Virus record (IMG/VR): IMGVR_UViG_3300009593_002680
DNA: 64,000 nucleotides
DNA from: a virus
Strand: one strand, 5' to 3'
The first letter of the stretch is position 1. Every line of letters begins with the position of its first letter. The translations under genes were made by a program, and so were the position numbers. The notes under the pieces were generated by a model. The model saw only the letters and a program-made list of their open reading frames with translations. It did not search any database and had not been told where the DNA came from. Below are positions 47,420 through 56,167 of this stretch, one piece after another.

Positions 47420-49285
47420 ATGAAAGATTTACAAGTAGCATTAGTACAACCAAACTTCAAGATAGGTGGCGGCAGTTTCGTAGGATATTGGCTACCTTAT
47501 TCAGTAGGGTGTCTATGGAGTTACGCAAATCAGTACGAATGGGTACAAGACTCTTTTAATCTAAAAGAGATTATATTCAAAAGAGAGCAACCAGACAAAC
47601 TTGTTAAGAGATTGCAAGATTGTACGGTTGCTTTTTTCAGTAATTACATGTGGAATTGGGAATACAATAAGCATGTAGCAAAACAATTAAAACAAGCAAA
47701 TCCAAACATTTTAATAGTATTTGGTGGTCCACAAGTTACAAATAGACCACAAGAAGAACTATTCTTTGAAAATCACCCTTATGTAGACTCAATTGTACTA
47801 GGAGAAGGCGAAGAAATGTTTATTGATATACTAGAAGCCATAAAGGAAAACCGTGCGTTAGATGACGTCTATGAAGGCGGCAGACTAGAAGATTTAGACA
47901 TTCCTAGTCCATATTTAACAGGAGTATTTGACGATATTATTGCTAATAACGATGGATATGTGTTTAATGGCACGTTAGAAACTAATAGAGGTTGTCCTTT
48001 TGCATGTACATTTTGTGATTGGGGAAGTTTAACTTATGCTAAAATTAAGAAGTTTCCTATACCAAAAGTAATACAAGAACTAACTTGGATGGCAGAAAAC
48101 AAAATAGACTATGTTACTATAGCAGATGCTAACTTTGGAGTATTCACAGATAGAGATTTAGAAGTTACAGAAAAGTTAGTTGAGTTACAAAATACATATG
48201 GTTATCCAAAAGTTGTAGATGCAACTTGGTATAAAAATAGTAGTGATGAGATATTAGAGATTGTTAAAAAGTTTATTAGTAGTGGATTTAATAGAGGACT
48301 TACATTAAGTGTTCAGAGTATGGACTTTGATGTATTAGAAGAAATAAAAAGACGTAATATGGAAATGTCTGACCTAGCAATGATATTTGACAAATGTAAT
48401 AAAGAGAATATTCCAAGTTATACAGAACTTATATTAGGATTACCAAAAGAAACATTTGAAAGTTGGAAACGTGGATTGTGTGATGTAATTAAAGCAGGAC
48501 AACATAATGCTATTGAAAGTTGGTTAGCACAATTACTAGAAAATGCACACATGAATTTACCAAGTCAAAAAGAAGAACATGGTCTTACTAGTGTTATTGT
48601 TGAAAACTATATAAGTGGATTTGAAGAAGAGGATAATATTCCTGAAAAAGTCGAACTAGTTACAGGAACAAAATACATGCCAACACCTAAGTTTATAGAC
48701 AGTTGGTTGTATGCTTGGGTAATTAATAACTTCCATAACTTTGGTTGGAGTCAAGCAATAGCAAGAATAATTTACAAACATAAAGGTATAGAGTATGAAG
48801 ATACATATGATAAACTATTCCTAGCATGCCAAGAAGACCAAGGTACAGTTGGTAAACTATTTAATGAAGCCAAACAAAACATATCTTACTATTTACAAAC
48901 TGGCGAAAGCAAAGGCTTTAGTGGACATACTTTAATGTGGGAGGCACAAAAAGACTTTCACATGAACGAAGGACATATAAGAGAATTTGTAAAAAAACAT
49001 TTAACACAAGAATTTTGTCAACTAGATAATTATTTGTATCAACACTTATTAGAGTTCCAACATTCTTATGTTACAAGTCCAAAAGAATCATATCCGTTCC
49101 AGGAAACATTTGGATTTAACTTTTATGAATACATGAATAACATAGAAGATGAACTATTAACATCTCAACAAACTTATAATATAAACATGTTAGAGAATGT
49201 AAAAGATGATGAATACTTCAACAGACTTTACTTTAGACGTAGACAAGGTTGGGGAAAATCCGTAATAACCAAAAATAACCATTAA
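47420..49285 (+). CDS. Cobalamin-binding radical SAM enzyme (class B-like)
   Basis: N-terminal B12 domain (VFGGP, LGEGE) and RGCPFACTFCDW CxxxCxxC motif. Confidence 0.9.
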   Translation: MKDLQVALVQPNFKIGGGSFVGYWLPYSVGCLWSYANQYEWVQDSFNLKEIIFKREQPDKLVKRLQDCTVAFFSNYMWNWEYNKHVAKQLKQANPNILIVFGGPQVTNRPQEELFFENHPYVDSIVLGEGEEMFIDILEAIKENRALDDVYEGGRLEDLDIPSPYLTGVFDDIIANNDGYVFNGTLETNRGCPFACTFCDWGSLTYAKIKKFPIPKVIQELTWMAENKIDYVTIADANFGVFTDRDLEVTEKLVELQNTYGYPKVVDATWYKNSSDEILEIVKKFISSGFNRGLTLSVQSMDFDVLEEIKRRNMEMSDLAMIFDKCNKENIPSYTELILGLPKETFESWKRGLCDVIKAGQHNAIESWLAQLLENAHMNLPSQKEEHGLTSVIVENYISGFEEEDNIPEKVELVTGTKYMPTPKFIDSWLYAWVINNFHNFGWSQAIARIIYKHKGIEYEDTYDKLFLACQEDQGTVGKLFNEAKQNISYYLQTGESKGFSGHTLMWEAQKDFHMNEGHIREFVKKHLTQEFCQLDNYLYQHLLEFQHSYVTSPKESYPFQETFGFNFYEYMNNIEDELLTSQQTYNINMLENVKDDEYFNRLYFRRRQGWGKSVITKNNH

Positions 49286-49310
49286 ACTTAACACATCAGT
49301 TAATGATTGA

Positions 49311-49489
49311 TAAATAAGGGTGGAAGATTAATAGCAATCCATCTTCCACAACAGAGGGTTGGCTCTGTCGGTGTACGCAATTTGTACACAATACGAAGAG
49401 CACAAAAGTTTAGGAACTTTTACCCCTGAGCATAGTCCGTAAGGATATGTGAATTGGGTGCTAATAAATTTAGACTCAGGAGAAAAGAA
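49311..49489 (+). ncRNA. Highly structured 5' leader (cis-regulatory RNA candidate)
   Basis: TAAATA followed by four consecutive hairpins and a junction whose closing helix overlaps the SD. Confidence 0.6.
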
Positions 49490-49687
49490 ATGTCTATCAT
49501 CACAGATGAAGTGAATGGACAAAAATCTTTCTTTGTAAATGCAAGAACTTCTATCAAGGAGTTTAAAGACAAATACTGCCCTGATGGACATACGTGTGAT
49601 AATATCCTCACGTTTGGGCTCTTGGTTGGTTGTTTTGTTTTCATGTATATTGCAATGAGACCGATTTTTTATCCTTTCGGCTTCTAA
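49490..49687 (+). CDS. 65-aa single-TM protein with CxxxxxC
   Basis: AGGAG RBS, YCPDGHTCD, C-terminal TM. Start moved from 49454. Confidence 0.7.
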   Translation: MSIITDEVNGQKSFFVNARTSIKEFKDKYCPDGHTCDNILTFGLLVGCFVFMYIAMRPIFYPFGF

Positions 49688-49724
49688 AAGAAATCAGAGA
49701 ACAACACCGTTCTCCCTTAACATT

Positions 49725-49752
49725 AAAAGCACTCTTCGGAGTGCTTTTTTTT
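49725..49752. terminator. Rho-independent terminator with a cUUCGg loop
   Basis: AAAAGCACTC-TTCG-GAGTGCTTTTTTTT. Confidence 0.92.
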
Positions 49753-49755
49753 AGG

Positions 49756-49784
49756 TTGACATTAGACCTTGTTTCAACTATAAT
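49756..49784 (+). promoter_or_regulatory. sigma70 promoter, leaderless geometry
   Basis: TTGACA-N17-TATAAT-7 nt-ATG. Confidence 0.8.
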
Positions 49785-49791
49785 ATACTTT

Positions 49792-49983
49792 ATGAAACAT
49801 CTAATCAAGTGGATGAAAATATCTGCGTTTATTAACTTTTACCTATGCGTAATTATGACTTTTGTTTTAATTGCGTTAATTGTTGATATAGGATTAGATA
49901 GTTATTGGCACGGTACAGAGTTTAAAGCAAAACTACTTAATGAAGTAGAACAAATTGAATGTACAACAACAGGTTCTTGTTAG
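49792..49983 (+). CDS. Small membrane protein
   Basis: Start moved to 49792 because the track start spans a terminator. One TM. Confidence 0.65.
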   Translation: MKHLIKWMKISAFINFYLCVIMTFVLIALIVDIGLDSYWHGTEFKAKLLNEVEQIECTTTGSC

Positions 49984-50285
49984 TCAATAACAAAATAGAC
50001 TTATATGTACGTTCTGTACAAATTAAACTATTCGTAATAGGTATTATACATTTAATAGCATTTGCATACTTTTACCCTACATTATTCTATTATACGGTAG
50101 GTACACCGTTTATGATATTCGTAATCTTTTATATATGTTTCTGTCATCATTCCTTGATGGAAGAGTATCAAAGACAAGAAATGTTCTATTATAAATTAAT
50201 GTTAAACAAACATCCTGAACATGCAGAAGCATTAACATTAATGATTTTCGATTCTACACAAGATAATCAGATAAAATCCTGGTAG
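49959..50285 (+). CDS. 2-TM membrane protein
   Basis: 108 aa with two hydrophobic helices. Confidence 0.65.
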   Translation: MYNNRFLLVNNKIDLYVRSVQIKLFVIGIIHLIAFAYFYPTLFYYTVGTPFMIFVIFYICFCHHSLMEEYQRQEMFYYKLMLNKHPEHAEALTLMIFDSTQDNQIKSW

Positions 50286-50344
50286 CAAAGCATAAATATA
50301 TACTGTTATATAGCAGATGGCTTATAACCTAACTAGGAGAAGAT

Positions 50345-50623
50345 ATGAATAAACTTTATTCACTTCTTGGTATCCTTGGTTTAGTATTATTACCTTCATG
50401 TGCCTCAGTTGGAGCAGTTATTGAAGGAGGAAAAGATTTCACAACAGGCGTGATTGATAGTTCTGTAAGAGGTGTTGCTACAGTTAGTTCAGCAGTCTTA
50501 ACAGATGTATCAGAAATAACATCAACAGCGGCGAAAGTCACGAGTGGTGTAGTAGAAACTGTTAGTGAAGAAATAGATAAACAAACCGACGAATTACAAG
50601 AAGACACTCCAAAAAAGGATTAA
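50345..50623 (+). CDS. Lipoprotein with 11-mer amphipathic repeats
   Basis: Lipobox LLPS-C19, AGGAG RBS, upstream TAAATA. Confidence 0.8.
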   Translation: MNKLYSLLGILGLVLLPSCASVGAVIEGGKDFTTGVIDSSVRGVATVSSAVLTDVSEITSTAAKVTSGVVETVSEEIDKQTDELQEDTPKKD

Positions 50624-50727
50624 GTCTGTTCTCTAATAGCAAAGAGAACAAGGACAACTCTAGCGATATAAAACTTTTAATCAAACAGATTAAAAAGTAT
50701 TGCGAAGAGAATCCTAAGGAGTGCTAA
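50611..50727 (+). other. Candidate programmed -1 frameshift site and 36-aa -1-frame extension
   Basis: In-phase A AAA AAG (50611-50617), a hairpin starting 6-9 nt later, and a -1 frame with no start codon open to TAA 50725-50727. Confidence 0.7.
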
Positions 50728-50741
50728 CTACATAACTACGG

Positions 50742-50770
50742 AAAAAGGGTCAGCAATTGGCCCTTTTTTT
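50742..50770 (+). terminator. Rho-independent terminator
   Basis: AAAAAGGGTCA/TGGCCCTTTTT stem with a U tract, just after the -1 frame stop. Confidence 0.85.
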
Positions 50771-50842
50771 GTGCGTAAAAAATCAACATTAATAGATAAA
50801 TACTGCTATAATAAAAATTATTATAGTTATGTAGGAGTAATT

Positions 50843-51634
50843 ATGGGATGGTTAGCAGACTGTTCCGAAAGCGAACGAGCGTCAGTTCTGGCGAAGTTGG
50901 CTGGTAGGGCATATCTCAGTGAGCAAGAGTTAGCAAAGGCTCAAAAACAAATTAAAATGAAACGTAAGAAAGCGGTTCTAGTTAAGGATGGTGATGCAGA
51001 AGCATGGGTGTTTTTTACTAGAGATGATGGTATTATTGTTTCATGCAGAGGCACAGAACCAACAAAGTTTAGTGACATACTAGCAGATTTAAAAACATAT
51101 CCAATTAGACACCCACGTAATGGTAGAGTACATCACGGATTTTATGAGTACACACAATTAATATTCGATGAAGTCTTAGAAATAGTTAAAGCAAACAGAA
51201 AAAACAACGAAAATGTTTATGTTGTTGGACACAGTTTAGGTGGAGCAATGGCTGTACTAGTTGCAGAACAATTAACACACGAAGGTATTCCAGTGAAGGA
51301 ACTTAGAACTTATGGGCAACCAAGAGTAGGTAATAGAAGATTCCGTCAGCACTTAGAAGGTTGCGATATTGGTGCATACATTCGTTATGTTAATAACAAC
51401 GATATAGTACCAAAGGTACCACCAAGTTGGTTATTGTTTGTTCATGGCGGAAGGCTTATGTATATCAATCATCATGGGGTAATAAGAACTAGTACTTTCT
51501 GGCAAAGAGTCAAAGACCAATTTAGAGGTATTTGGGCGGCGGCTAAAAGGTATAAATTCTTTGATTTTGTTTCGGATCATGCTATGCCACTTTATATAGA
51601 ACATTGCCAATCAATTGCTAAAGACGATAAATAG
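50843..51634 (+). CDS. Class 3 lipase (alpha/beta hydrolase)
   Basis: RGTE, VHHGF, GHSLGG, TYGQPRVG, NNDIVP and DH motifs. Start moved to the ATG after AGGAG. Confidence 0.9.
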   Translation: MGWLADCSESERASVLAKLAGRAYLSEQELAKAQKQIKMKRKKAVLVKDGDAEAWVFFTRDDGIIVSCRGTEPTKFSDILADLKTYPIRHPRNGRVHHGFYEYTQLIFDEVLEIVKANRKNNENVYVVGHSLGGAMAVLVAEQLTHEGIPVKELRTYGQPRVGNRRFRQHLEGCDIGAYIRYVNNNDIVPKVPPSWLLFVHGGRLMYINHHGVIRTSTFWQRVKDQFRGIWAAAKRYKFFDFVSDHAMPLYIEHCQSIAKDDK

Positions 51635-51655
51635 TATTAACATAGGAGATATATT

Positions 51656-51820
51656 ATGTTAGATTATATTAAATCAAGAATAAAAGAAAGGACTAGTTGG
51701 GACGGTGGTGTTATCATTGCTGGTTCACTAGCAATAATCCTGTTCGGTGGCATTGTTAAAATTGCGGCATGGGCCGGTTTAGCATATGGCATTTGGACAA
51801 TAGTTAAGAAAGAGGACTAA
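51656..51820 (+). CDS. 54-aa 2-TM membrane protein (holin-like topology)
   Basis: AGGAG RBS, TAAATA, KERTSWDG motif. Below the track cutoff. Confidence 0.7.
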   Translation: MLDYIKSRIKERTSWDGGVIIAGSLAIILFGGIVKIAAWAGLAYGIWTIVKKED

Positions 51821-51823
51821 TCA

Positions 51824-52246
51824 ATGGCAAGTTTTGCAGAAGAAAAAAGACTTAGAGCACATTTAGAATTAATCGCAGAAGGTGGTACTTATGCTGGATA
51901 TTTTAGTCAAGGTACTAATGCAGACGGCGACGCAAGTGCATACTTTATTACTAACGACTCAGATATAACAGCGGCGGAGGCATTATTAGATGCCAAGATT
52001 GCAGAACTATCAGATGTTGGTGGTGAAACAGCAGGTGGCGAAGGACCAAGCGAATTTACTGGATATACAGCAATTCACTTTGATAATTCAATTAGTGATG
52101 CTGGAGTAGATTATAGAACTTGGTTTGTAGATGCAAACGGAGACTACTTTAAAGCAGATAATGGCAATAGTGATACTATAGCACAGATTACAGATTCAAC
52201 TGAAATCAATACACTACTTACTGACAGCGGATACGTTGTAGTATAA
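51824..52246 (+). CDS. Acidic hypothetical (virion-like) protein
   Basis: 140 aa in a late-type run. Confidence 0.7.
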   Translation: MASFAEEKRLRAHLELIAEGGTYAGYFSQGTNADGDASAYFITNDSDITAAEALLDAKIAELSDVGGETAGGEGPSEFTGYTAIHFDNSISDAGVDYRTWFVDANGDYFKADNGNSDTIAQITDSTEINTLLTDSGYVVV

Positions 52247-52251
52247 GACAA

Positions 52252-52638
52252 ATGAAACTAGATGAAGTACTAGAAGCAGTTAAGCGAAAGAAACGTCTAG
52301 ACGCAGAAGCCGGAGGCGGTGGAGGCGGTGGTGCTGGAGCAGGCGGAGGAGCAGGCTCAGGTGCTGGAGCAGGAACTGGCGGTGGTGCTGGTCCTGGTAA
52401 TAGTTCAGGCGGTGGTGCTCATGGAAATTCAAGTGGAGGCGGCGGGTCTGCAGGCAGTGGCGACACTGGTTCCGCTGATTCCACACCATCAGATACAGGT
52501 AAATCAACCCAAAGTTATTTCGTACCTTGGGGTTGGGCACCTGCCAAATTAAAGAAAAAGAAAAAGAAGAAAAAGAAAACATCAAACACTGGTGCTCCAA
52601 AGGCGCCAAAAGGTGACCCATATAAAGACCATAGATAA
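52252..52638 (+). CDS. Gly-rich protein with a poly-Lys tract
   Basis: MKLDEVLEA..., G-rich core and KKKKKKKK. Confidence 0.65.
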   Translation: MKLDEVLEAVKRKKRLDAEAGGGGGGGAGAGGGAGSGAGAGTGGGAGPGNSSGGGAHGNSSGGGGSAGSGDTGSADSTPSDTGKSTQSYFVPWGWAPAKLKKKKKKKKKTSNTGAPKAPKGDPYKDHR

Positions 52639-52648
52639 TTAAATACTA

Positions 52649-52677
52649 TTGACTTTTAATAAAGTCGGTTGTATAAT
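52649..52677 (+). promoter_or_regulatory. sigma70 promoter, leaderless geometry
   Basis: TTGACT-N17-TATAAT-7 nt-ATG, with inverted repeat GACTTT/AAAGTC over the -35. Confidence 0.78.
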
Positions 52678-52684
52678 AGATACT

Positions 52685-53035
52685 ATGGATATTACCTATT
52701 TAAACGAATTAGATCCAATGGATTTTTACGAAGCAATTATAGAACTTGCTGAGGGCGATTCAATACCAGAAATTCAAACAGAAGATAACATGGTTTATGG
52801 CTGTCAAAGTCGTGTATGGGTAGTTATTAAAGAAGATACCGTAGTGTTTGATAGTGATAGTTCCTTTGTTAAAGGCTTATTAACAGCCATAACATCACAA
52901 TTAAACACATTAAAAGACATACAAAACGTGTCTATAGAGCAGTATCCATTCCTTAATAAAGACACAGTATCCTATCAACGTTTAAAAGGTGTTGATTCTT
53001 TCATGACTAAAGTCAGAGAGATATCTACACGATAA
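52685..53035 (+). CDS. sufE: SufE-family sulfur acceptor
   Basis: YEAIIELA...VYGCQSRVW...[10 protein letters not shown]...SYQRLKG. Start moved to 52685. Confidence 0.85.
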   Translation: MDITYLNELDPMDFYEAIIELAEGDSIPEIQTEDNMVYGCQSRVWVVIKEDTVVFDSDSSFVKGLLTAITSQLNTLKDIQNVSIEQYPFLNKDTVSYQRLKGVDSFMTKVREISTR

Positions 53036-53054
53036 ATATAGTAAAGAGGATAAA

Positions 53055-53672
53055 ATGAATTTTGTACCATATGTAATAGAAAAAACAAGTGCTGGAGAAC
53101 GTAGTTACGATATCTACAGTAGATTATTGAAAGAACGTATTGTGTTTTTAAATGGAGAAGTAACAGATACAGTATCAAATAGTATTTGTGCTCAGTTGCT
53201 CTTTTTAGAAGCAGAAGATCCAACAGCAGATATTAGTTTTTATATTAATAGTCCTGGTGGACAAGTAACATCAGGTATGGCAATGTATGACACAATGCAA
53301 TATATTAAACCAGATGTGTCTACTATTGTAATGGGCCAAGCGGCATCAATGGGTAGTTTACTTGCTCAGGCTGGTGCTGAAGGTAAAAGGTTTTTGTTAC
53401 CTAAGTCCAGAACAATGATACATCAACCAAGTGGTGGTGCAAGAGGAATGGCGTCTGATATTGAAATTCAATATAAAGAAATTGAACGTATGAAGAAAGA
53501 CCTTACAGAAATTTATGTATTGCATAATTCAAAAGGTAAAACATACGAAGATTTTGAAGCAGGAATGGACAGAGACAATTTCCTAACTGCTCAAGAGGCT
53601 CTTGATTGGGGTCTTGCTGACGAAATAATTGTTAAAAGGGATGACAATGAAAACCAAAAAGATACAACTTAA
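53055..53672 (+). CDS. clpP: ATP-dependent Clp protease proteolytic subunit
   Basis: [25 protein letters not shown] (Ser), MIHQP (His) and RDNF (Asp) motifs. Confidence 0.97.
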   Translation: MNFVPYVIEKTSAGERSYDIYSRLLKERIVFLNGEVTDTVSNSICAQLLFLEAEDPTADISFYINSPGGQVTSGMAMYDTMQYIKPDVSTIVMGQAASMGSLLAQAGAEGKRFLLPKSRTMIHQPSGGARGMASDIEIQYKEIERMKKDLTEIYVLHNSKGKTYEDFEAGMDRDNFLTAQEALDWGLADEIIVKRDDNENQKDTT

Positions 53673-53874
53673 TAAGTCTTCAGACTTTAGAGAACACCAA
53701 CAGGACTTAACCGAACTTAATGCAGACGGTAATAGAGAACGTGGACATTATGGTGAGGATTTAAAGAAAGAAGAAGTACACGAAAATTGTGGAACGCCTG
53801 ATTGTTGTGGCGGATGTGATACAGCATCTACAACACCTGAAGAACTTGAAGAGAAGTTAAGTAATAATGGCTGA
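53647..53874 (+). CDS. Small protein with a [13 protein letters not shown] motif
   Basis: Cys cluster at the C-terminus. Start uncertain. Confidence 0.65.
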   Translation: MKTKKIQLNKSSDFREHQQDLTELNADGNRERGHYGEDLKKEEVHENCGTPDCCGGCDTASTTPEELEEKLSNNG

Positions 53875-54727
53875 ACTTAATTTTATAGAGTACAACGTAA
53901 ATTCAAGTACTCATAATGTAGAAAACGTTTCTATTGCTTTACAAGGCTTAGGCTTTAATAAGATTAGCATAAGCAACAATGGAAAGGCTTCAATGTGGGC
54001 ATCAAATAAATGTGTAATGTTACTTAACACATTAAGTAGACCCACAGGACTATCTGGTATAGGTTTTAATTCCACAAACAGTTTAGTTGGTAGTAGTTAT
54101 TGTGATACAACAGGACTTAATGTTGCAACAATAAATGAAACAAACATTTATACATATCCTGTAGAACAGTTTAAAAGTACATATGATAAACATTTTAAAA
54201 CTGTAGGCGAAGCAGGAGTTGAACATCCATTAGATTATTTTGCTGGAGTTGTTTTTAATTGTGAAGACATTAATATTTTAAATAACATTAATGATAGTTT
54301 AAAATTTAGAACAGTTAGAAAAAGTCCAAATTATATTACTTCAGTATGTGAACATAACAGATTTAATATTATGTGGAATGTAAATAATATAGATTTTGGT
54401 ATGCATACACTTGTTATTAAAACAGATGATATAGTTGATTTAACATCTAAACTTGTTGCTAACGGATTTACTAGTCCTAAGATTTCAAAACAGCAAAAGA
54501 ATGTTATAGCAGACATTTACAAAAAGAACAAAAATTTACCTCCTAAACATATTACAGATGGATGGGAGTTTAACTTGGCAGGTAAAGATAAAAGTTATGT
54601 ATTAGAGAAAAACTTTCCATCTATATTGCCAGGACTAGATTTGATTATAAGTGAAAGACATAATCACAATGGACTCAATGAAGAGTCTATATATTATTTT
54701 GAGGAAACGGACCCAGTGATAGCATGA
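53867..54727 (+). CDS. Hypothetical protein, possibly VOC/HPPD-like fold
   Basis: N-terminal FIEY...LQGLGF pattern only; weak. Confidence 0.5.
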   Translation: MAELNFIEYNVNSSTHNVENVSIALQGLGFNKISISNNGKASMWASNKCVMLLNTLSRPTGLSGIGFNSTNSLVGSSYCDTTGLNVATINETNIYTYPVEQFKSTYDKHFKTVGEAGVEHPLDYFAGVVFNCEDINILNNINDSLKFRTVRKSPNYITSVCEHNRFNIMWNVNNIDFGMHTLVIKTDDIVDLTSKLVANGFTSPKISKQQKNVIADIYKKNKNLPPKHITDGWEFNLAGKDKSYVLEKNFPSILPGLDLIISERHNHNGLNEESIYYFEETDPVIA

Positions 54728-55074
54728 TGGAAATGTTAGGAATGGCGGAAGATTTATATAAAGTGCATCAATTATTATCAGAAGAGCAGTTAGTTAGAAT
54801 ATTCGGAAGTACTGCCGTAAGTTTACAACATAAAGCACAATACTTTGGTGAACTTTGGGATAGTTGGGAAGAACATCAAGTAGTGTTACCAAAAAAAGCA
54901 GTAGAAGGATATAGTAGATATAAACTAGAAGTAGAATACATGGACACAAAAACAGTTATAAAAGATTTTTGTAACAGACACAAGTTAGAAGAAATGGTAG
55001 ATTATCAGATAAAAGGTAATGTTGTTAGATTTGCTGATTCTCAATATGCTTTCCTATTGAGGTTATCAGTATGA
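54724..55074 (+). CDS. Hypothetical protein
   Basis: 116 aa, coupled. Confidence 0.65.
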   Translation: MMEMLGMAEDLYKVHQLLSEEQLVRIFGSTAVSLQHKAQYFGELWDSWEEHQVVLPKKAVEGYSRYKLEVEYMDTKTVIKDFCNRHKLEEMVDYQIKGNVVRFADSQYAFLLRLSV

Positions 55075-55403
55075 CTAATCCATTTGTAGACTTTACAGGA
55101 TATACTACTGATGATTTATTAAAAGAAAATCAAAAGTACACTAAACAATTATATAAAATGGACAGTTCTAGTCCATTGTATCAATACCTATTAGACATGC
55201 GTGAACAATGTCAGCAAGAATACAATGAACGTATGTTTATACAAGCAAACAAAGATAAGATTAAAGACCAAGAACAAGTTCTTAATATTGGTGAAATAGA
55301 ATCAGTTGATTATACACCAAACTATTTAGACGATGAAGAATTATTTTTAAAAGCAGTTGTTGATGCTTACTCAGAGAAGGACAATGAAAAAGGTAACACT
55401 TAA
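55071..55403 (+). CDS. Hypothetical protein
   Basis: 110 aa, coupled. Confidence 0.7.
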   Translation: MTNPFVDFTGYTTDDLLKENQKYTKQLYKMDSSSPLYQYLLDMREQCQQEYNERMFIQANKDKIKDQEQVLNIGEIESVDYTPNYLDDEELFLKAVVDAYSEKDNEKGNT

Positions 55404-56127
55404 ATCTGCTTTAGAAGTACAAACTATTGCAGTATTTGGTAACAAAGATTCTACTGAAATAGTGGCTATTCAGCCAAATCAATATACTATATCCTGGGGT
55501 ATGTATGCTACACTTGATGAAGGTCAAGACATAGAAGAATTAAGTTTAGAACAAAATATAAGTTATCAAAGAATATGTCACTTTTTAAAATACTATGTAA
55601 ACAACAGTTTATGGTATGACCAATTTTGTTGTAGAACTATAGAAACACATTTTGCTTCTACAGACAATGTATTTTTAGTTACACCAGATGTTAATATAAC
55701 ATACTTAACAAACTGTTTATTTGCCAAATTTAATGCAATATGTAAACCTAGTATAACTGTATCCAGAATATCTGTATTGGATCATGATACAGGAATAGCA
55801 TATGATTATGAAGATGACTTTGGAGAAGTTCCTGATGTCCTACCTTACCAAAAGGACTTTATGGGAGAATTAAGCATATATGATAAATGCTGGTGGGAAC
55901 GTGATGACATTAGTTCATATGATAACTATGCATTGGATAAAGAAGAACAACAAGAAGTAAGAAAACAATTAAGTGACGCCCAAGATGTTTTAGATGAAGA
56001 TTTTAATGCTATTGAAAAAGAAGTTAAAAGCCAAATGGGCCAAGCAGGAATGATTGAAACAGGCGAAGTAGTTGACTTAGAACAACATAGACGTAAAAAG
56101 AATAAGTGGACTCCAAAGTTAGTATAA
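55384..56127 (+). CDS. Hypothetical protein
   Basis: Long acidic ORF. Start moved to the ATG after GAAGGA. Confidence 0.7.
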   Translation: MKKVTLKSALEVQTIAVFGNKDSTEIVAIQPNQYTISWGMYATLDEGQDIEELSLEQNISYQRICHFLKYYVNNSLWYDQFCCRTIETHFASTDNVFLVTPDVNITYLTNCLFAKFNAICKPSITVSRISVLDHDTGIAYDYEDDFGEVPDVLPYQKDFMGELSIYDKCWWERDDISSYDNYALDKEEQQEVRKQLSDAQDVLDEDFNAIEKEVKSQMGQAGMIETGEVVDLEQHRRKKNKWTPKLV

Positions 56128-56132
56128 AAAGG

Positions 56133-56161
56133 TTGACAGATACATTAATATCACATATAAT
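56133..56161 (+). promoter_or_regulatory. sigma70 promoter, leaderless geometry
   Basis: TTGACA-N17-TATAAT-6 nt-ATG. Confidence 0.8.
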
Positions 56162-56167
56162 ACGAAG

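Noticed and set aside
49425-49480. SAM-I, TPP or glycine riboswitch (GGTGCTAA, CTGAG and CTCAGG fragments)
   Set aside because: Only isolated fragments match, and the required flanking conserved elements and order are absent.
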